Shown: positions 7,802 through 8,884 of the stretch, piece by piece | Position numbering within the stretch: position 1 is the stretch's first letter | How the letters are laid out: each line of letters starts with the position of its first letter | Sequence record: OY723334.1 | Length of the DNA stretch: 8,884 bases | Reading direction: 5' to 3' (one strand) | Position numbers and translations under genes: made by a program | The notes under the pieces: generated by a model | Told to the model about the DNA's origin: nothing | What the model saw: the letters and a program-made list of their open reading frames with translations, nothing else | Databases searched by the model: none

Positions 7802-8158
7802 AGGGTATTGGACAGGGCCCGAAACCCCCAAAATGAGTGATTTGGGGTGCTCAAAACCATCGATTTTGGTGGTTTTGGCATGCAAAAAGGGTCGAAAACA
7901 CCACTTTTAGCCCCTTTTGCACATGGGAACACCACCCCATATACTAAGGGGGATCCTTCGAGGGATACAGAACCCCCCGAAACCCCTTAAAGATGGTGTG
8001 TGAGTACTCATGCATGTACCCTTTTAGCACCCTTTCTGACCCCCTTTCAGACCCCCTAAATGGTGCCATTCCTCGAAGGATGGCCCTTAAGGGGTGCCGG
8101 GAAGGGTACCTAAAGAGGTCCCAAAAGTGACCATTTTAGGGGGTCCCAAAACGTGTTG

Positions 8159-8176
8159 CAAAGGGGTACCCCTTTG
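8159..8176. repeat. 18-bp perfect palindrome, second copy
   Basis: Same sequence at offset 5185. Confidence 0.95.
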
Positions 8177-8231
8177 GTCACCAAAAGTGATGATTTTGGG
8201 GACACCAAATGGGTCGGAATGGGTACCTAAT

Positions 8232-8359
8232 GACAGGATATGGCATACGGGATACCTGAGGAGATCACCTCCACAGGGAATGTCCCTCCGTGCATCCTGG
8301 GCTACCGAGAGGCCTACGGGGAGTATCCCCATATCCTCTGAGAGCCATTATGACCATTA
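8232..8359. repeat. X module, variant b (copy X6)
   Basis: Copy of 3047-3174 within segment B copy 2 (offset 5185). Confidence 0.85.
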
Positions 8360-8407
8360 CGAGCATCCCGGAGAGCATATCTGAGGACCTGAAATCCATG
8401 GTTTTGG

Positions 8408-8452
8408 GGTCTAAAATGATGATTTTAGAGGTCTCAAAATGATGGATTTGGG
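8408..8452. repeat. Imperfect tandem repeat of about 22 bp, x2, second copy
   Basis: Same tract at offset 5185. Confidence 0.8.
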
Positions 8453-8471
8453 GTCTGGAATCATGAGATCC

Positions 8472-8515
8472 GGGGGTCTGGGGATGCCATGGGTATGGGA
8501 TCCAGGGATGCAGGG
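8472..8515 (+). other. G-quadruplex-forming motif, second copy
   Basis: Same tract at offset 5185. Confidence 0.7.
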
Positions 8516-8753
8516 ATCCGGAGACCATGAGGGCATACAGACCATATGCACTACATACCATGGTGTGTGTAGTAGGGATACAGACCACTATGGATACCAT
8601 CACCATTAGATACATACTATGAGACCATATGCTGTGGGTATCGGATTAGGGGTCTGGGGATGTGCAGATCTGGAGACCATGAGCGGATCCGGAGACCATC
8701 AGATCATGAGATCCGGGGGTCTGGAGATGCTCGCGATGTATCTGAGGACCTGT

Positions 8754-8789
8754 GCAGATAGGTATGCAGATAGGTATGCAGATAGGTAT
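8754..8789. repeat. Perfect 12-bp tandem repeat (gcagataggtat) x3, second copy
   Basis: Same tract at offset 5185. Confidence 0.95.
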
Positions 8790-8884
8790 AGGCATTAGGT
8801 ACTAAGGACTCGCAGAGAGGTACTGAGGACATGCACAGAGGACATGGCACAGAGGATACGGGCATACAGACCATGCAGATAGGT

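Larger units (their letters stand above)
3700..8884. repeat. Higher-order repeat unit, copy 2 (long form, 5,185 bp)
   Basis: It starts with the same sequence as base 1 (actaaggactcgcagaccatagg) and ends (acagaccatgcagataggt) exactly where copy 1 ends at 3699. It carries about 2.06 kb of extra sequence in the middle. Confidence 0.9.
6974..8884. repeat. Shared right segment B, copy 2
   Basis: Matches 1792-3699. The offset grows from 5182 to 5185 across three 1-bp insertions. Confidence 0.9.

Noticed and set aside
254-8615. All 25 ORFs in the supplied six-frame track (61-121 aa) as candidate genes
   Set aside because: They are short and mutually overlapping on both strands. All but one lie at least partly in repeated DNA. 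The translations are rich in C, H, W, Y, P and G with no recognisable family motifs. Near-identical DNA copies have different ORF ends because of 1-bp indels. I could not run homology searches, so this rejection rests on sequence features only.
1-8884. Kinetoplast minicircle or gRNA array, diplonemid-type mitochondrial chromosome with a gene-module cassette, or a spliced-leader RNA gene repeat
   Set aside because: The universal minicircle sequence (ggggttggtgta) is absent. The single-copy region (5401-6090) has dense stops in all frames, so it is not a gene module. Neither the kinetoplastid (cagtttctgtactatattg) nor the dinoflagellate (ccgtagccattttggctcaag) SL sequence is present, only loose resemblances (gtactatatggtat, cattttgg).
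1-8884. Rescue of coding capacity by an alternative genetic code
   Set aside because: By eye, TAA, TAG and TGA are all frequent in the repeat words (tgatgacatgaa, ctagtagta, ctaat, tagg), so reassigning one stop should not produce long frames. I did not recompute ORFs exhaustively, so this remains a judgement to confirm with a multi-code gene caller.

Overview
I found no credible protein-coding gene, tRNA, rRNA, CRISPR array or mobile-element gene in this 8,884-bp window, and I could not identify a defined biological system. The longest ATG-ORF is 121 aa. The 25 ORFs in the track overlap each other on both strands, sit inside repeats, and translate to sequences with no family-like features. 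Several paralogous ORF copies differ by frameshifting indels.

The window is a mosaic of nested non-coding repeats. It consists of exactly two copies of one higher-order unit: a short form (1-3699) and a long form (3700-8884).
- **Shared segments:** the two forms share a 1.2-kb left segment (about 99% identical by eye) and a 1.9-kb right segment (over 99.5% identical).
- **Closed phase:** base 8884 is in perfect repeat phase with base 1. The sequence is therefore either a circle or circularised contig, or an in-phase piece of a head-to-tail array.
- **Variable middle:** between the shared segments lies an array of roughly 190-230-bp satellite-like monomers.
- **Long-form extra sequence:** the long form carries about 2.06 kb more. 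This includes a perfect 174-bp direct-repeat pair 1,860 bp apart, the only single-copy stretch of the window (about 5401-6090), and an older (about 93%) copy of a 260-bp module.

Other recurrent modules are a 128-nt element (six copies, three variants) that can form conserved hairpins, blocks of dyad-symmetric CCCAAAA/TTTTGGG motifs, a (CG)7 tract, a six-tract G-quadruplex motif and short tandem repeats.

The organisation resembles eukaryote-type satellite or higher-order repeat DNA, or a non-coding extrachromosomal repeat, more than gene-dense prokaryotic DNA. The source taxon cannot be determined from the sequence. The most checkable leads are the possible circularity, the 128-nt module and the direct-repeat-bounded insert. 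All identities are by-eye counts, not computed alignments.
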